Source: the human T2T-CHM13v2.0 reference genome, Homo sapiens. From it: a stretch of DNA of 64,000 nt. The notes beneath the pieces are model-generated. The model ran no database searches. It was not told the DNA's origin and worked only from the letters and a program-made list of their open reading frames with translations. Shown piece after piece: positions 48,625 to 61,218 of the stretch (position 1 is its first letter; each line of letters begins with the position of its first letter). Made by a program: the position numbers and the translations under genes. The stretch lies in NCBI RefSeq assembly GCF_009914755.1, contig NC_060935.1; one strand, 5' to 3'.

Positions 48625-48693
48625 TTTCACATAGTATAGTGTGGACACTATACTATGTGAAATAATAAGGACACTTCCTAGAGTGTCCTTATT
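48625..48693. repeat. Two adjacent perfect inverted repeats (18-bp arms with a 2-nt spacer; 12-bp arms with a 6-nt spacer)
   Basis: tttcacatagtatagtgt-gg-acactatactatgtgaaa, then aataaggacact-tcctag-agtgtccttatt. Confidence 0.97.
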
Positions 48694-49396
48694 TTATTTG
48701 TGACATTGGGTACTGCTCCACTGATGGGTACTCAGGTGGTTTCTATTGTTTTGCTCTTTCACACAGTGCTGTATTGTGCACGTACTTGTACGTCTCTGTG
48801 TTCTTTTTCTATCATCACTTTCTAGAAGTGAACTGACTAGGTTGACCAAGTGGCTAGTGAATCAATACAGAAGTTTATTTGCAAACAGGAGCATAGTTAT
48901 CTGTTTCTCTGCACTGCGAGCCCCGGCCAACTCTGGTGGGTTGGTTAGCATATGCTGGTTTTAGAGAAAGAGCCTGAAAATGCATTTCTCAAGATCGTAG
49001 TCTTCATGCATTTGATAAAGTTGGTGGAGTTGGTGCAAAGATTATTCTAAAAGTCTCTCTAATTAGCCTTGGTGAATAGGACTCTCATTATTAGTGTATA
49101 GGAAACAATAATCTGGGCTTTACAACTAACTAGCTAAGAGACCCTGGACAAACCATGTCCACCTCGAGGTCTCAGGTAGATCATGTAAAATGGAGATGGG
49201 ACACAGATAATCTCCTAAAGACTTCCTGAAGTGATATCATACATATTGTTATACATACTCTGCATTCCTAAACATACACTGTCCTGGGCAGGTAACAAGT
49301 ATCTGTCTGTGGATTGATGACAGACTTTGGGCTATATTGACTTTGCTATGCCTCTTCAGTTTCCTACTTTATATTTTTGGAACGGTATAATACATT

Positions 49397-49805
49397 TGTG
49401 TTAGCTTGTGTTCCTCCAAAAGCTGACCCAGGGACAAGGGTTCAAGTTTAAGAGGTTTATATTTGGAAAGTGCAGGAAAGATCAGGAAGGGAGGTGGCTG
49501 ATATAAGGTATGTTATCAAGCCAGCTGTCACCGGGCTTAATCCCAAAGGGCAATGCTGAGAAACAGCGTTAAAACCCATGCTTCAGAGTTATCTGCCTTT
49601 AGATCAAGGGTGCTCGGGTGTTTATACATGAAATCCCATCAGCACACCGTAATGTGCTAATGTGCTAATTACCAGCACATCTAGCCTGCCATGCAAAGGC
49701 TGAACAGCCTGCCTTGGTTTAAGGAAAAGCCTTCAGGTCAAGAGTGCAAAAAGAGTTTTCTGGAACACAGCTAAGGGATGCGGGCATGGCCACAGTGTCT
49801 ACTGT
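49397..49805 (-). mobile_element. ERVL LTR33/LTR16-like solo LTR
   Basis: tgtgttagcttgtgttcctccaaaagctgaccc...gacaagggttcaag...gtttatatttggaaagtg. Confidence 0.6.
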
Positions 49806-49909
49806 GTAACTCTCACAGTTCCCCTCACACCAGTGTTGCTTTACTCTTTTGTGTCTTTGCTCATGTTGTATTCACTCCTTTCCCTTTCTGATCAATTTCA
49901 AATCCTCAG

Positions 49910-50130
49910 ACTTCCTATGTTTGTGTCCTGCCTCTGCTACTTCCTAGCTGAGTGACTTTGGGCATGTTACTTAAGCTCTCTGTGCCTCAGTTTCCTCATC
50001 TGGAAATAGGCATAGTGATAATTCTCATCTCATTAAACAGTTGTTAGGATCAAATGGTAATGGTGGAAAGCACTTATGGCAGTGCCTACCACTTAATAAG
50101 TCTTCAGTAAATGTCATCATATTTATTATC
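49910..50130 (+). mobile_element. MIR
   Basis: ctctgctacttcctagctgagtgactttgggcatgttacttaagctctctgtgcctcagtttcctcatctg. Confidence 0.88.
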
Positions 50131-50498
50131 CTTCAATAGCTACTTCAAGTGGTAGTGCCTTGAAGAAAGCATCCCTGAGACTTCAGGCAGGGTTAAGGGC
50201 TCAGGCCCCTTCTTAACACATTATGATGACACTTTCCATATGCAAGTTTATCTTCTCCTATGGACAGTGAGTCCAGGAAGGCGTCACTGTGGCTTACTCA
50301 GGTCTGCGTCCTCTGCAATTCTTGCAGGACCTAACCTGCCATTCTGTTAATGAGTAATAGACAGAGACTTTGCTTTCATTCACTCATAAATAAACCTTTG
50401 CTTTAAGATTGACCCTGAGTAAAACGTAAATTTCATCAAACTGTAGTAACAATACACTTTCTTTATCCTAACACATACATTGCCAACACTGCTCCCTT

Positions 50499-50499
<1 letters not shown>

Positions 50500-50546
<47 letters not shown>

Positions 50547-50548
50547 CA
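50500..50548. repeat. (CA)n microsatellite
   Basis: Direct reading. Confidence 0.97.
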
Positions 50549-52599
50549 AAACCACTGCTTAGTATTTCTGAAATCAGGTTGTCAGTCTAAATACTGAGAT
50601 TTGTTTTTCATTTTATCTGCCTTTCTTTCACAAAGTAGGCTATTATTAAATAAATGCTAGACTCTAGTATTAAAATTGACAAATGTATGGTTTAGACCTC
50701 AAAGTGAAGGATAACTTGGAAATAGTTCTCAGTTGCTCTTCAAGAAGAAAACAGGTTCCTGGGGTGCCTCGCCATGTGGTGGATCTCACACTCCCGTCAT
50801 TCTGCTAACACAATCCCAGGAGCTGATTCTGTTGCGTCTCGCAGGGTATCAGTCTCATCCAGATCAAGTATGAGCAGGGCAGACTGGTAGGTCCTAGGAG
50901 TGGGAAGGGACAGAAGAACTAATTTGATGCCATGTTGGAAGGTCAAGACAGAGATGCCAAATCAGATGTCAGGATGGAGGAGCCAACAAAATGGGCAATA
51001 GGGGACACAGTTGAGGAATGGAGTGACAGTAGCAAGAGAGTGAGAAGTAGGAACTCAGCAGAGATGCACACCCAGCCAAGAAGTTACCCTGCATTAAATG
51101 ACAGTGAGCTGGCCTGGAATGGACACCCCAAAACCAAGATCCATGGCAGAGGGGACACTGGCAGTACAGGGTCTGGCCCTGGACATCAGGTGGGTGAAAC
51201 TGTTGGGGATGGAGGAGAAGAAGGCATTGATGATGAACCATGAGTGTTGGGAGGGTTTAGTCAGATATTAAACATTGCCTCATTTAATTTTGCTTGAAAA
51301 GAAAAATAACTCTGGTTAGAATATTTTAGAATGCAGGCTTGCTAGTATCACTAAACCTGAAAAAAAAATTGTCAAAAATATATATAAAAAAGAAAAACAA
51401 GAGCAAATCCAGATTTGAATCCAGTCTACTTGAGTTAACAGCTGGACGAATTTGGGCAAACAATTTGGACAAGCGAGTTCTCTGCATTTAACTTTTCATC
51501 ATGAAATACACATAATATTCCTGGGCTGTTGTGAGGAATTATTAAGATAAGAAGATAATGACAGCAATGGTCTACTGAATACTTAATATTTGCAGGCACA
51601 GTACCAAGGGTTTTCCCATACTTGGTCTTATTTTCTAAAATTAGCCTACAAGGTAAGTACCATAGATTCTTATTTTATAGCTGCAAATTGAGTTTCAGTG
51701 TGATTAAGTAACTTGTGCCATGTCTCGCTAAAGAATATATATAAATCATCACACATAGAATACAGTAGGTGTTTAACACATGTGAGTTTTCTCCTTTCAC
51801 TCTGCTTGCAATGCTAGCCATAGAAGATTTTAAAATTGTCTGATTTTTGAAGAAAAAACCCTTGGAAGAGCACTCCCTCTCTGCTGGACTAGAGTTTAAC
51901 TATCATCATGTTCTTTGTGAATTTGATAGCCTTTTAATCCACCGAAGCCATGACCTTCTTGTAATGTGTTGACTTCCTCTACCGCCAGTGTTTCTCTCGA
52001 GGGACCTCCATCTGCATTTGTTTGTGGCTGTCCCTCTCAGTGACATTTCCTCCTTTACCTGATTCTCAAGATAATTTGTTTTTCATTTGAGCTTCAGCAG
52101 CCTGAGAGATGATGTCAAAATCAATCAATCCTCCTACAAGCTTTGTAAATACAATCCCTTGGCTTTGCAGAAAGGGTATCTCTATTGCCCAGTTCTTCCT
52201 GGAGCAGTGGGGCCACCCAAAGGAGAATCAGGAGGTTAGAACACATCCTAGAACATGAAATCTCATGCATGAGGGGATGTCAGCCTCATAGCATCTGAGT
52301 CCTAGTGTGGGAAGATGGGAGCTGAGGAGGTGTCATCCCCTGGGACTTCTGGGAGCTGCAGGTGGAACCTTAGAGCCCTTGGTCCAATGTGGATAATAAG
52401 GAGCCCTGTTAGAGAGCCATAGAAACCATCCCTGAGTCATGTCTTCCTTTCTCCTTCAATATGACCTTCTCTGGGAGTCTTCTTGCGGGGAGGCAGCAAT
52501 GCCTTGGAAAGTTTGAGCTGGTTTCTGATGAGAGGTTGAGGCAGGGATCTCATGGTTATCTCCTTCCTCAAAATGGAGCCAGAAGATGCAAGCCAGCTG

Positions 52600-52850
52600 T
52601 CATGGACTGATTGAAGCCTGTTATGGATTTGCCTTTTAATGTGTTTGTTAAAAATTTGAATCAGGTGCAACATTTAAAATGGGAGACTTCACATGAAACT
52701 CCAGATTTCTGGCTTCCCTTGAAAAATCACACCTGATAATCCTGGGCTAGCATTTCTATGGGCAAGAGTAGGCTGGATCTAGGGAAGCCTCTTCAGGTGG
52801 GGCAGGTGCAGTCCTGTGTGCCCCAGTCCCCACCTGACCCCATGCTCCCT
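52600..52850. mobile_element. MER102-like hAT-Charlie relic
   Basis: caacatttaaaatgggagacttcacatgaaactccagatttctggcttcccttgaaaaatc...cagtccccacc. Confidence 0.65.
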
Positions 52851-54272
52851 TAGGTTACCTGTCTTGTTCCCTGGGCATTTGAGTTTTGAAAGAAGGAACG
52901 GGAAGGAAAATAACAATAGAGTTACAAGACTTACAACCTAACACAGTTAATAACAGGAAAAGTAAAAGGCGCTTCAGGTAACTATTTCCTTTACATATCA
53001 CGCAAAACATCCAGTTTTGCAGAAAGATAAATTGGAGACCAGAGAAGTGAATTAAGCTGCTTAAAGTGTTGGTAAATGGTACAACCAAAATTTGAGGTTT
53101 GGTCTCTTTGACTCCAAGTCATGTGACCACAAAATCCCACTTTGCTACAGTGGCCTCCCCCAGAATCTGCTTCCCTTTGATTAACAGGATGCCCTCACGC
53201 TTCTGCATATCCAGGGCACCTGATGCCCTGTCAGATATCAAAGAGTTAATGTTATACCAGTCATCATTCTTGATACCAAGAAAATTCAAGAGGAGTCTTG
53301 TTTTTCTCTGATGCTGGCTGGCATCCTCTCTGCTCCCTGAGTCTCTAATGAGAATGTGTACAGTGGTATTCAAATAGGGTAGGAGAAACTTCTTTGTGTA
53401 TCACTGAGGTCACCATTTGCATTAAGGGAAAAGAGGTTCGATGACTCTCAGTTCGGCAATTCAGCAGCCATCTGTACTTCACATCACTGGCCTGAATTTT
53501 CAGCCTCATTAAATTCTTTCAGGTCGTCTGGTCCCAATCTTTGTGGTTACCCAAGTGTATATTTATGTCTCATGAGTTATTGCCATTTCTAACCTGTGCT
53601 TAACTGCTCCCACCTCCCACTACCCTTAATTGATCTTGCAGTACTTCTGGTATTTTTTTTAAAGTCTTCCCTTTCCCAATTATTTCCAAGAGCCCACAGG
53701 GGTTACTGCATGTGTATCAGACACTGTGTCCTCTGGGTTTCTACATGGCTTCTACCTTGTTCTGTCAAAGCTCCCTGTGAACTATTTTTGCTGGGTACCA
53801 CCATCTCCCACTGGACACCGCCGCCAAGAGGTGTTTAAGGTCATTTGGGGTTGCATGCACTGGTGGGTAGAATGAATGTTTCTTTCTCATGGTCTGTGTT
53901 TCACATGGCTACCAAACTGCTGGTAGTGCCATGTCTTAGGGAGCTTAGCTTGGTTGGTTTTTGTCACAACATCCCTCTGCCTCCATACATACCTTTGCAT
54001 TGCTCCACAGGATTCAGAGGAGATGCCGTGGGGAACTGGGCTGAGAGATATAATACTGAGCTAGGGTTTGCTCCTTCCCTTTGATGACTAAGGCTTTATT
54101 TTTGCACCAAGACTATCTGCCTAGTACCCTCTTCCCTTAGGCTGAGTTTTCTCCCAGGTGGCTCTTTACTCCCCTGTGCAACCCTTGCTATCTTGCCTGT
54201 ATTGGGCATGACTGGGTCTAAGTGATGGATATGTCTTGGTGGCTCGCAGTCAAATTGGAACCCCTGAAATCT

Positions 54273-54600
54273 GTTTTTTTGTTTTCTGTTTTTTTGTTTT
54301 GTTTGTTTTTTTTTTGTTTTGACAAGGTCTCACTCTCTCACCTACTCCAGAGTGAAGTGGCACACTCTTGGCTCACTGCAGCCTCAATCTCCTGGGCCCA
54401 AGTGATCCTCCCACCTTAGCTTCCTGAGTAGCTGGCACTACAGACACATGCCACCATGTGTGGCTCATTTTGTGTATATTTTGTAGAGGTGGGGTTTTGC
54501 CATGTTGCCCAGGCTGGTCTTGAACTCTGGGCTCAAGCGATCCACCTGCCTTGGCCTCAGAAAGTGCTGAGATTACAGACAGGGGCCACCATACCTGGCC
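54273..54600 (-). mobile_element. Alu (AluJ-like)
   Basis: Antisense Alu; perfect 16-bp TSD ggaacccctgaaatct at 54257-54272 and 54601-54616. Confidence 0.97.
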
Positions 54601-55376
54601 GGAACCCCTGAAATCTTAGGTGGCAGTATTTTATATAATTTTGTGTCCTTAAAGCCCAAATCACCTGAAATAGTTTTATCATACAGCCTCAACCCAGACA
54701 CAGATTGGCTTAAGTGTTCCTCTAAGTGCTTGGGTATGCAGCTTCATTGTCTTCTTTCCTAAAGAAACAAGCCTGTAACTCAAAGATTTTGAAATTTGGA
54801 TTCTTGCTTGATGTAAGCTGAGTAGCACGGTTATAAGGCTACAGACACCACTGCAATAGGTGGGACTCCTTGAGCCAGCTTAAGCCACAAGGAGGAAATG
54901 GAAGTGGAACCCAAGGAAAGGATTATGGCTAGGTCTTGGGAAGAAGGGATTGAGGCAGTGAACTTCCTCTTGTTCCTGCCTTCCTCTGTATCTTTATGCA
55001 GACTGTCTACCTTTGACTCCCAGTTCACAAGGTGGCATATGACCATCCCATTCTTTTCAGGTTTACATATAATAGTTCCAGAAATATGCAAGACTTTTCT
55101 AGTCCCAATTTAAAATTCCCAAGAGGAAGAACCTGATTGTTTCTGTTTAGGTCAGTGTTCATCTCTGATTCAATCAACTGTGTTCCATTCACCAAGTCTG
55201 TGTCTAAGGATCAAAGATAGACCAGAGAGGTTACAGTGAGCTGACAGCCACATACACATCCATTCTACTTGACCATTTTTTTTTTTCCCATTTTCTCACA
55301 TTTACTTGTACCTTTCTGGAAACGCACTGAGTAGAGGGGCAATACTCAAGATAAGCAATGAAAGTTAACCATAATG

Positions 55377-55685
<309 letters not shown>

Positions 55686-55811
55686 TAACAAAGAATCCTA
55701 GTAGCTAATGTTTACTAGGCATTTCGTATGTAACAGATACTGTATTGAGTGCATCACAGGAATTATCTCACCTATTACATACAAGAAGATCTTATCATTG
55801 ATTATTATTAT

Positions 55812-56261
55812 TTTCATGTGCGTCCCTGTGAAGAGACCACCAAACAGGCTTTGTGTGAGCAATAAAGCTTTTAATCACCTGGGTGCAGGTGGGCTGAGTC
55901 CGAAAAGAGAGTCAGCAAAGGGAGATAGGGGTGGGGCCATTTATAGGATTTGGGTAGGTAAGGGAAAATTACAGTCAAAGGGGGGTTGTTCTCTGGCGGG
56001 CAGGAGTGGGGCTCGCAATGTGCTCAGTGGGGGTGCTTTTTGAGCCAGGATGAGCCAGGAAAAGGACTTTCACAAGGTAATGTCATCACTTAAGGCAAGG
56101 ACCGGCCATTTACACTTCTTTTGTGGTGGAATGTCATCAGTTAAGGTGGGGCAGGGCATATTCACTTCTTTTGTGATTCTTCAGTTACTTCAGGCCATCT
56201 GGGCGTATATGTGCAAGTCACAGGGGATGTGATGGCTGGGCTTGGGCTCAGAGGCCTGACA
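55812..56261 (-). repeat. 3' LTR (LTR7)
   Basis: Minus strand reads TGTCAGGCCTCTGAGCCCAAG...CATGAAA; ATTAAA poly(A) signal at 55870-55875 (-); PPT agaagaaggcaggaa at 56262-56276 (-). Confidence 0.97.
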
Positions 56262-58790
56262 TTCCTGCCTTCTTCTATTAATAAGAAAAATAAAACAAAA
56301 TAGTATTGAAGTGTTGGGGCGGCAAAAATTTTTGGGGGGTGGTTTGGAGAGAGAATGGGTGATGTTTCTCAGGGCTACTTCAAGCAGGATTAGGGGCAGC
56401 GTGGGAACCTAGAGTGGGAGAGATTAAGCTGAAGGGAGGTCTTGTGGTAAGGGGTGATATTGTGGGGATGTTAGAAGAAACATTTGTTGTATAGAATGAT
56501 TGGTGATGGCCTAGATACGGTTTTGGATGAATTGAGAAACTAAATGGAATAACAGAAGGAGAAAAACAGGTATAAAAGGTCTGAGAATTGGGACGACTCA
56601 GGATATCTGATTAGAGAGTGCCTAAGGAGATACAGCATAGTCCTGCCAGCAAAGATTATTTATTTACTTCAAGAGTTAACAGTGGCAGTTTGGGGATAGC
56701 ACCAGGAGATATCAGCTGTGATGGCTTGGAAAAACAGTGTAAACTGGCAGTGTAAACAAGAGCAGGGTATGAGTAGTTGAGAACGGTGAATAGGAGTATG
56801 ACTAGACAGAAGATAGTAGGGATGACAAGATTTTTGGGGCACAGTCTAAGTTGGTCTGGTGTCTGGAATGAGACCGGGGCCTAATAAAAAGGAGCATCTA
56901 TACAGGAGCTTAAATGGGCTGTACCCTGTAGCATTCCGAGGACAGGCCTGAATTCTGAGAAGGGAAAGTGGTAAAAGTATTGTCCAGTCCTTTTTAAGTT
57001 GGTGGCTGAGCTTGGTGAGGTGTGTTTTTAAAAGACCTTTAGTCCATTCTACTTTTCTTGAAGACGGAGGACCGTAAGGGATATAAAGGTTTCACTGAAT
57101 ACTAAGAGCCTGAAAAACTGCTTGGCTGATTTTACTAATAAAGGCTCGTCTGTTATCAGACTGTATAGAGGTGGGAAGGCTAAACTGAGGAATTATGTCT
57201 GACAGAACGGAAGAAATGACTGCAGTGGCCTTCTCAGACCCTGTAGGAAAGGCCTCTACCTATCCAGTGAAAGAATCTACCTAGACTAAGAGGTATTTTA
57301 GTTATCTGACTCAGGCCATGTTGAGTAAAGCTAATTTGCCAGTCCTGGGTGGGGCAAATCCTCGAGCTTGATGTGTAGGGAAGGGAGGGGGCCTGAATAA
57401 TCCCTGAGGAGTAGTAGAATAGCAGATGGAACACTGAGAAGTTATTTCCTCGAGGATAGATTTCCACGATGGAAAGGAAATGAGAGGTTCTAAGAGGCGG
57501 GCTAGTGGCTTGTACTATAGTATAACCTGCCTTTGCTGGTGTGTGGCGATTAGGCCTGGTGGAACTGCCGTCAATAAATCAAGCGTGATCAGGGTGAGGA
57601 ACAGGAAAGAAGGAAATTTGGGGAAATGGGGTGAATGTCAGGTGGATCAGAGAGATAGTCATGGGGGTCAGGTGTGGTATCAGGAATAATGTGGGAGGCC
57701 GGATTGAAGTCTGGGCCGGGAACAACGGTAATTGTGGGAGACTCAACAAAGAGTGAGTACAGCTGAAGGAGCCGGGGAGCAGAAAGTATATGCGTCAGGT
57801 ATGGGGAAGAAAATAGATTTTGGAAGTTATGAGAACTGTAGAGAGTGAGTTGAGCATAGCTTGTGATTTTGAGGGCCTCTAAAAGTATTAAAGCAGCGGC
57901 AGCCGCTGCACGCAGACATGAGGGCTAGGCTAAAACAGTAAGGTCAAGTTGTTTGGACAGAAAGGCTACAGGGTGTGGTCCTGGCTCTTGTGTAAGAATT
58001 CTGACCATGCTAGCCATGCCTAGGAAGGAAAGGAGTTGTTGTTTTGTAGAAGCTGCTTGGGTTTGAGAGATCAGTCGGACACGATTGGCAGGGAGAGCAC
58101 GTGTGTTTTTATGAGAATTATGCCGAGATAGGTAACAGATGAGGAAGAAATTTGGGCTTGATTGAAGTAATGGGGGCTGTCTGTGAAGCTTTGCAGCAGT
58201 ACAGCCTAGGTAATTTGCTGAGCTTGATGGGTGTCAGGGTCAGTCCAAGTGAAAGCGAAGAGAGGCTGGGATTAAGGGTGCAAAGGAATAGTAAAGAAAG
58301 CATGTTTGAGATCTAGGACAGAATAATGGGTTATAGAGACAGGTATTGAGGATAGGAGAGTATATGGGTTTGGCATCACAGGGTGGATAGGCAAAACAAT
58401 TTGGTTGATAAGGCACAGATCCTGAACTAACTTGTAAGGCTTGTCTGGTTTTAGGACAGGTAAAATGGGGGAATTGTAAGGAGAGTTTATAGGCTTTAAA
58501 AGGCCATGCTATAGCAGGCGAGTGATAACAGGCTTTAATCTTTTTAAAGCGTGCTGCCGGATGGGATATTGGCGTTGAGTGGGGTAAGGGTGATTAGGTT
58601 TTAATGAGATGGTAAGGGGTGCATGATCGGTCGCCAAGGAGGGAGTAGAGGTATCTTATACTTGTGGGTTAAGGTGGGGGGATACAAGAGGAGGACGCAA
58701 AGGAGGCTTTGGATTGGGAAGAAGGGTGGCAATGAGATATAGCTGTAGTCCAGGGATAGTCAGGGAAGCAGATAATTTAGTTAAAGTGTC

Positions 58791-59015
58791 TCAGTCTAAT
58801 AAGGGAACTGGGCAGGTGGGGATAACTAAAAAGGAGTGCTTAAAAGAGTATTTTCTAAGTTGGCACCAGAGTTGGGGAGTTTTAAGAGGTTTAGAGGCCT
58901 GGCCGTCAATACCCACAACAGTTATGGAGGCAAGGGAAACAGGCCCTTGAAAAGAAGGTAATGTGGAGTGGGTAGCCTCCGTATTGATTAAGAAGGGGAC
59001 AGGCTTGCCTTCCAC
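58791..59015 (-). pseudogene. HERV-H protease remnant
   Basis: EGKPVPFLINTEATHSTLPSF...VVGIDGQ...LVIPTCPVPLL; the catalytic DTGA position reads NTEA. Confidence 0.85.
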
Positions 59016-59195
59016 TGTGAGAGTTACCCGAAGCTCTGCGTCTGTGATGGTCTAGGGGGCTTCCGAGGCCATCGGGCAGTGTCAGTCTTCAGCTGCGAAG
59101 CCGAGAAGATCTGGGAAGGAGTCAGTCAGAGAGCCTTGGGCCAGAGTTCCAGGGCCTCTGGGAGTGGCTGCCAGGTGAGTTGAACAGTCCGATTT

Positions 59196-60299
59196 TCAGT
59201 GGGGTCCCACACAGATGGGACACGGCTTAGGAGGAATCCTGGGCTGCAGGCATTCCTTGGCCTGGTGGTCAGATTTCTGGCACTTGTGGCAAGCTCCTGG
59301 GGGAGGAGGTTCTGGAGGAACGCCTGGCCGCTGAGTTTCAGGCATTTGGAAGTTCTTGTGTGCTGGAGATGTGGCTGGGGTTTGTCTCACAGTGGAGGCA
59401 AGGAATTGCAACTTTTTTCTATTATTGTACACCTTGAAGGTGAGGTTAATTAAATCCTGTTGTGGGGTTTGAGGGCCGGAATTTAATTTTTGGAGTTTTA
59501 TTTAATGTCAGGAGCAGATTGACATTATTTTGAGAATAAGACGGCCTTTTGACCTTTTAGGGTCTAGGGCTGTAAAGTGTCTCAGGGTTGCTGCCAAACA
59601 AGTCATGAACTGAGCTGGATTATTATATTTGATGAAAAAGAGCCTAAACGCTATCTGATTTGGGATAAAGAAAAAGGAGCATTAACCTTGACTATGCCTT
59701 TAGCTCCAGCCACCTTTTTAAGAGTAAATTGCCGGGCAGGAGGGGGAAGGCTACTCACGGAACGAAACTGTAAGCTGGACCAGGTGTGAGGAGAGGAGGT
59801 GATAAAAAGATTATAGGGTGGAGGAGCAGAGGCTGAGGAAGAATTGGGACCTAGCTCGGCCTGGCGAGGAGCAGCCTGGGGAGGAAGGGAGAGGTCAGAT
59901 GGGTCTGTAGAAAAGGAAGATTAGAAAGACTCAGCGACGCTTGGTGTTGGGACTGAGGGGACAGGCGGGAGGGAAAGAAGGAAGATTTGGGACGAGTTGC
60001 ACTGGGCACAGAGACTGGGAAGGGACTGATGTGTAAAAGAATGCCTGGATGTCAGGCACCTCAGACCATTTGCCTATTTTATGACAAGAATTATTTAGAT
60101 CTTGTAGGATGGAAAAAGTCAAAGTGCCATTTTCTGGCTATTTGGAACTGCTGTTGAGTTTGTATTGGGGTCAGGCGGCATTGCAGAAGAAAATAAGGCA
60201 TTTAGGTTTTATGTCAGGTGTGAGTTGAAGAGGTTTTAAGTTTTTGAGAACACAGGCCAAGGGAGTAGAAGGAGGAATGGAGGGTGGAAGGTTGCCTAT
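59196..60299 (-). pseudogene. HERV-H gag remnant
   Basis: IGNLPPSIPP...KCLIFFCNAA* (start codon ATA, early stop); FSILQDLNNSCHKIGKWSEVP; NC knuckle CHKCQKSDHQAKEC; second knuckle ends in a stop. Confidence 0.88.
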
Positions 60300-60383
60300 A
60301 GTGAAGGAAGCAAGCCTAGAGAAGAGAGTAGAGAAACAGAGGGAAGAGGTTTGGGGGTTCTTACCTTCCAGAAAAGTGGGAAA

Positions 60384-60800
60384 AGGGGTTGGGGCACAGA
60401 GATAAGGGGTTGGGGCACGGAAATAAGGGATGGGGCACAGAAATAAGGGATGGGGCATGGAAATAAGGGATGAGGCGTGGAAATAAGGGGTAGGGGCACA
60501 GAAATAAGGGGTTGGGGCACAGAAATAAGGGATTGGGGTGCAGAGATACGAGGTTGGGGTACTTGCCCCTCCTCTAGAAAAGTGGGACTTGCCACTAAGA
60601 GTGAAGGAGAAGGGGTTGAAGGGTACTTGCCCCTCCCCCAGAAAAGCGGGACTTGCCGCTAAGGGTGAAGGAGAAGGGGTTGAGGGGTACTTGCCCCTCC
60701 CCCAGAAAAGCAGAGAAGGGGTAGAGACAAGGAGAGAAGGGGTTGGGGTACTTGCCCCTTTCCCAGAAAAGCGGGACCTGCCGCTAAGGGTGAAGGACCA
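60384..60800. repeat. HERV-H leader tandem repeats: 8 x 20-21 bp (ggggcacagaaataaggg(a/g)t(t)), then ~4 x ~60-65 bp units starting gggtacttgcccct
   Basis: Units counted by eye at 60391, 60412, 60432, 60452, 60472, 60493, 60514 and 60535; longer units near 60557, 60621, 60686 and 60746. Confidence 0.9.
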
Positions 60801-61066
60801 AGGCAGGCATCCCTGCATGGTCTGACACCTTTGAAACGTGGGTGAATAATCAGGCGTCCCTGCAATGATTAAACACCAAGGGAAGGCTGCCTTCCCAGTC
60901 CGTGACCGGTGCTGGAGTTTTGGATCCACAGATAAAACGTGTCTCCTTTGTCTCTCCCAGAAAATGAAAGGAATTGAAATTAAGAGAAGGGAGAGATTGA
61001 AGAGTGGAAAGGAGAAAGTGGTTGAGGGACAGTGAGAGAGGTTGGAGAAGAGAGTAAGAAGAGGCC

Positions 61067-61075
61067 GCTTACCTG
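61067..61075 (-). promoter_or_regulatory. HERV-H major splice donor CAG|GTAAGC
   Basis: Plus-strand gcttacctg, ~145 nt downstream of the 5' LTR, the usual position in the HERV-H leader. Confidence 0.8.
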
Positions 61076-61198
61076 ATTTAAAATTGGTGAGATGTTCGTT
61101 GGGCTGGTCGGTCTGAGGACCTGAGGTCGTAGGTGGATCTTTCTCACGGAGCAAAGAACAGGAGGACAGGGGATTGATCTCCCAAGGGAGGACCCCCG

Positions 61199-61216
61199 AT
61201 CCGAGTCACGGCACCA
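61199..61216 (-). promoter_or_regulatory. Primer binding site for tRNA-His
   Basis: Minus strand TGGTGCCGTGACTCGGAT, 2 nt after the 5' LTR. Confidence 0.95.
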
Positions 61217-61218
61217 AA

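Noticed and set aside
50932-51243. 103-aa hydrophilic ORF in purine-rich sequence
   Set aside because: No recognisable homology or convincing splice context; this length is expected by chance.
55708-56232. Near-identical ORFs repeated at 61223-61639
   Set aside because: Antisense translations of the two LTR copies.
59196-60299. G-to-A changes in gag (ATG->ATA, TGG->TGA) as APOBEC3 hypermutation
   Set aside because: Too few sites, mixed contexts, and they may be inherited from the parental HERV-H lineage. A consensus alignment and a formal hypermutation test would be needed.
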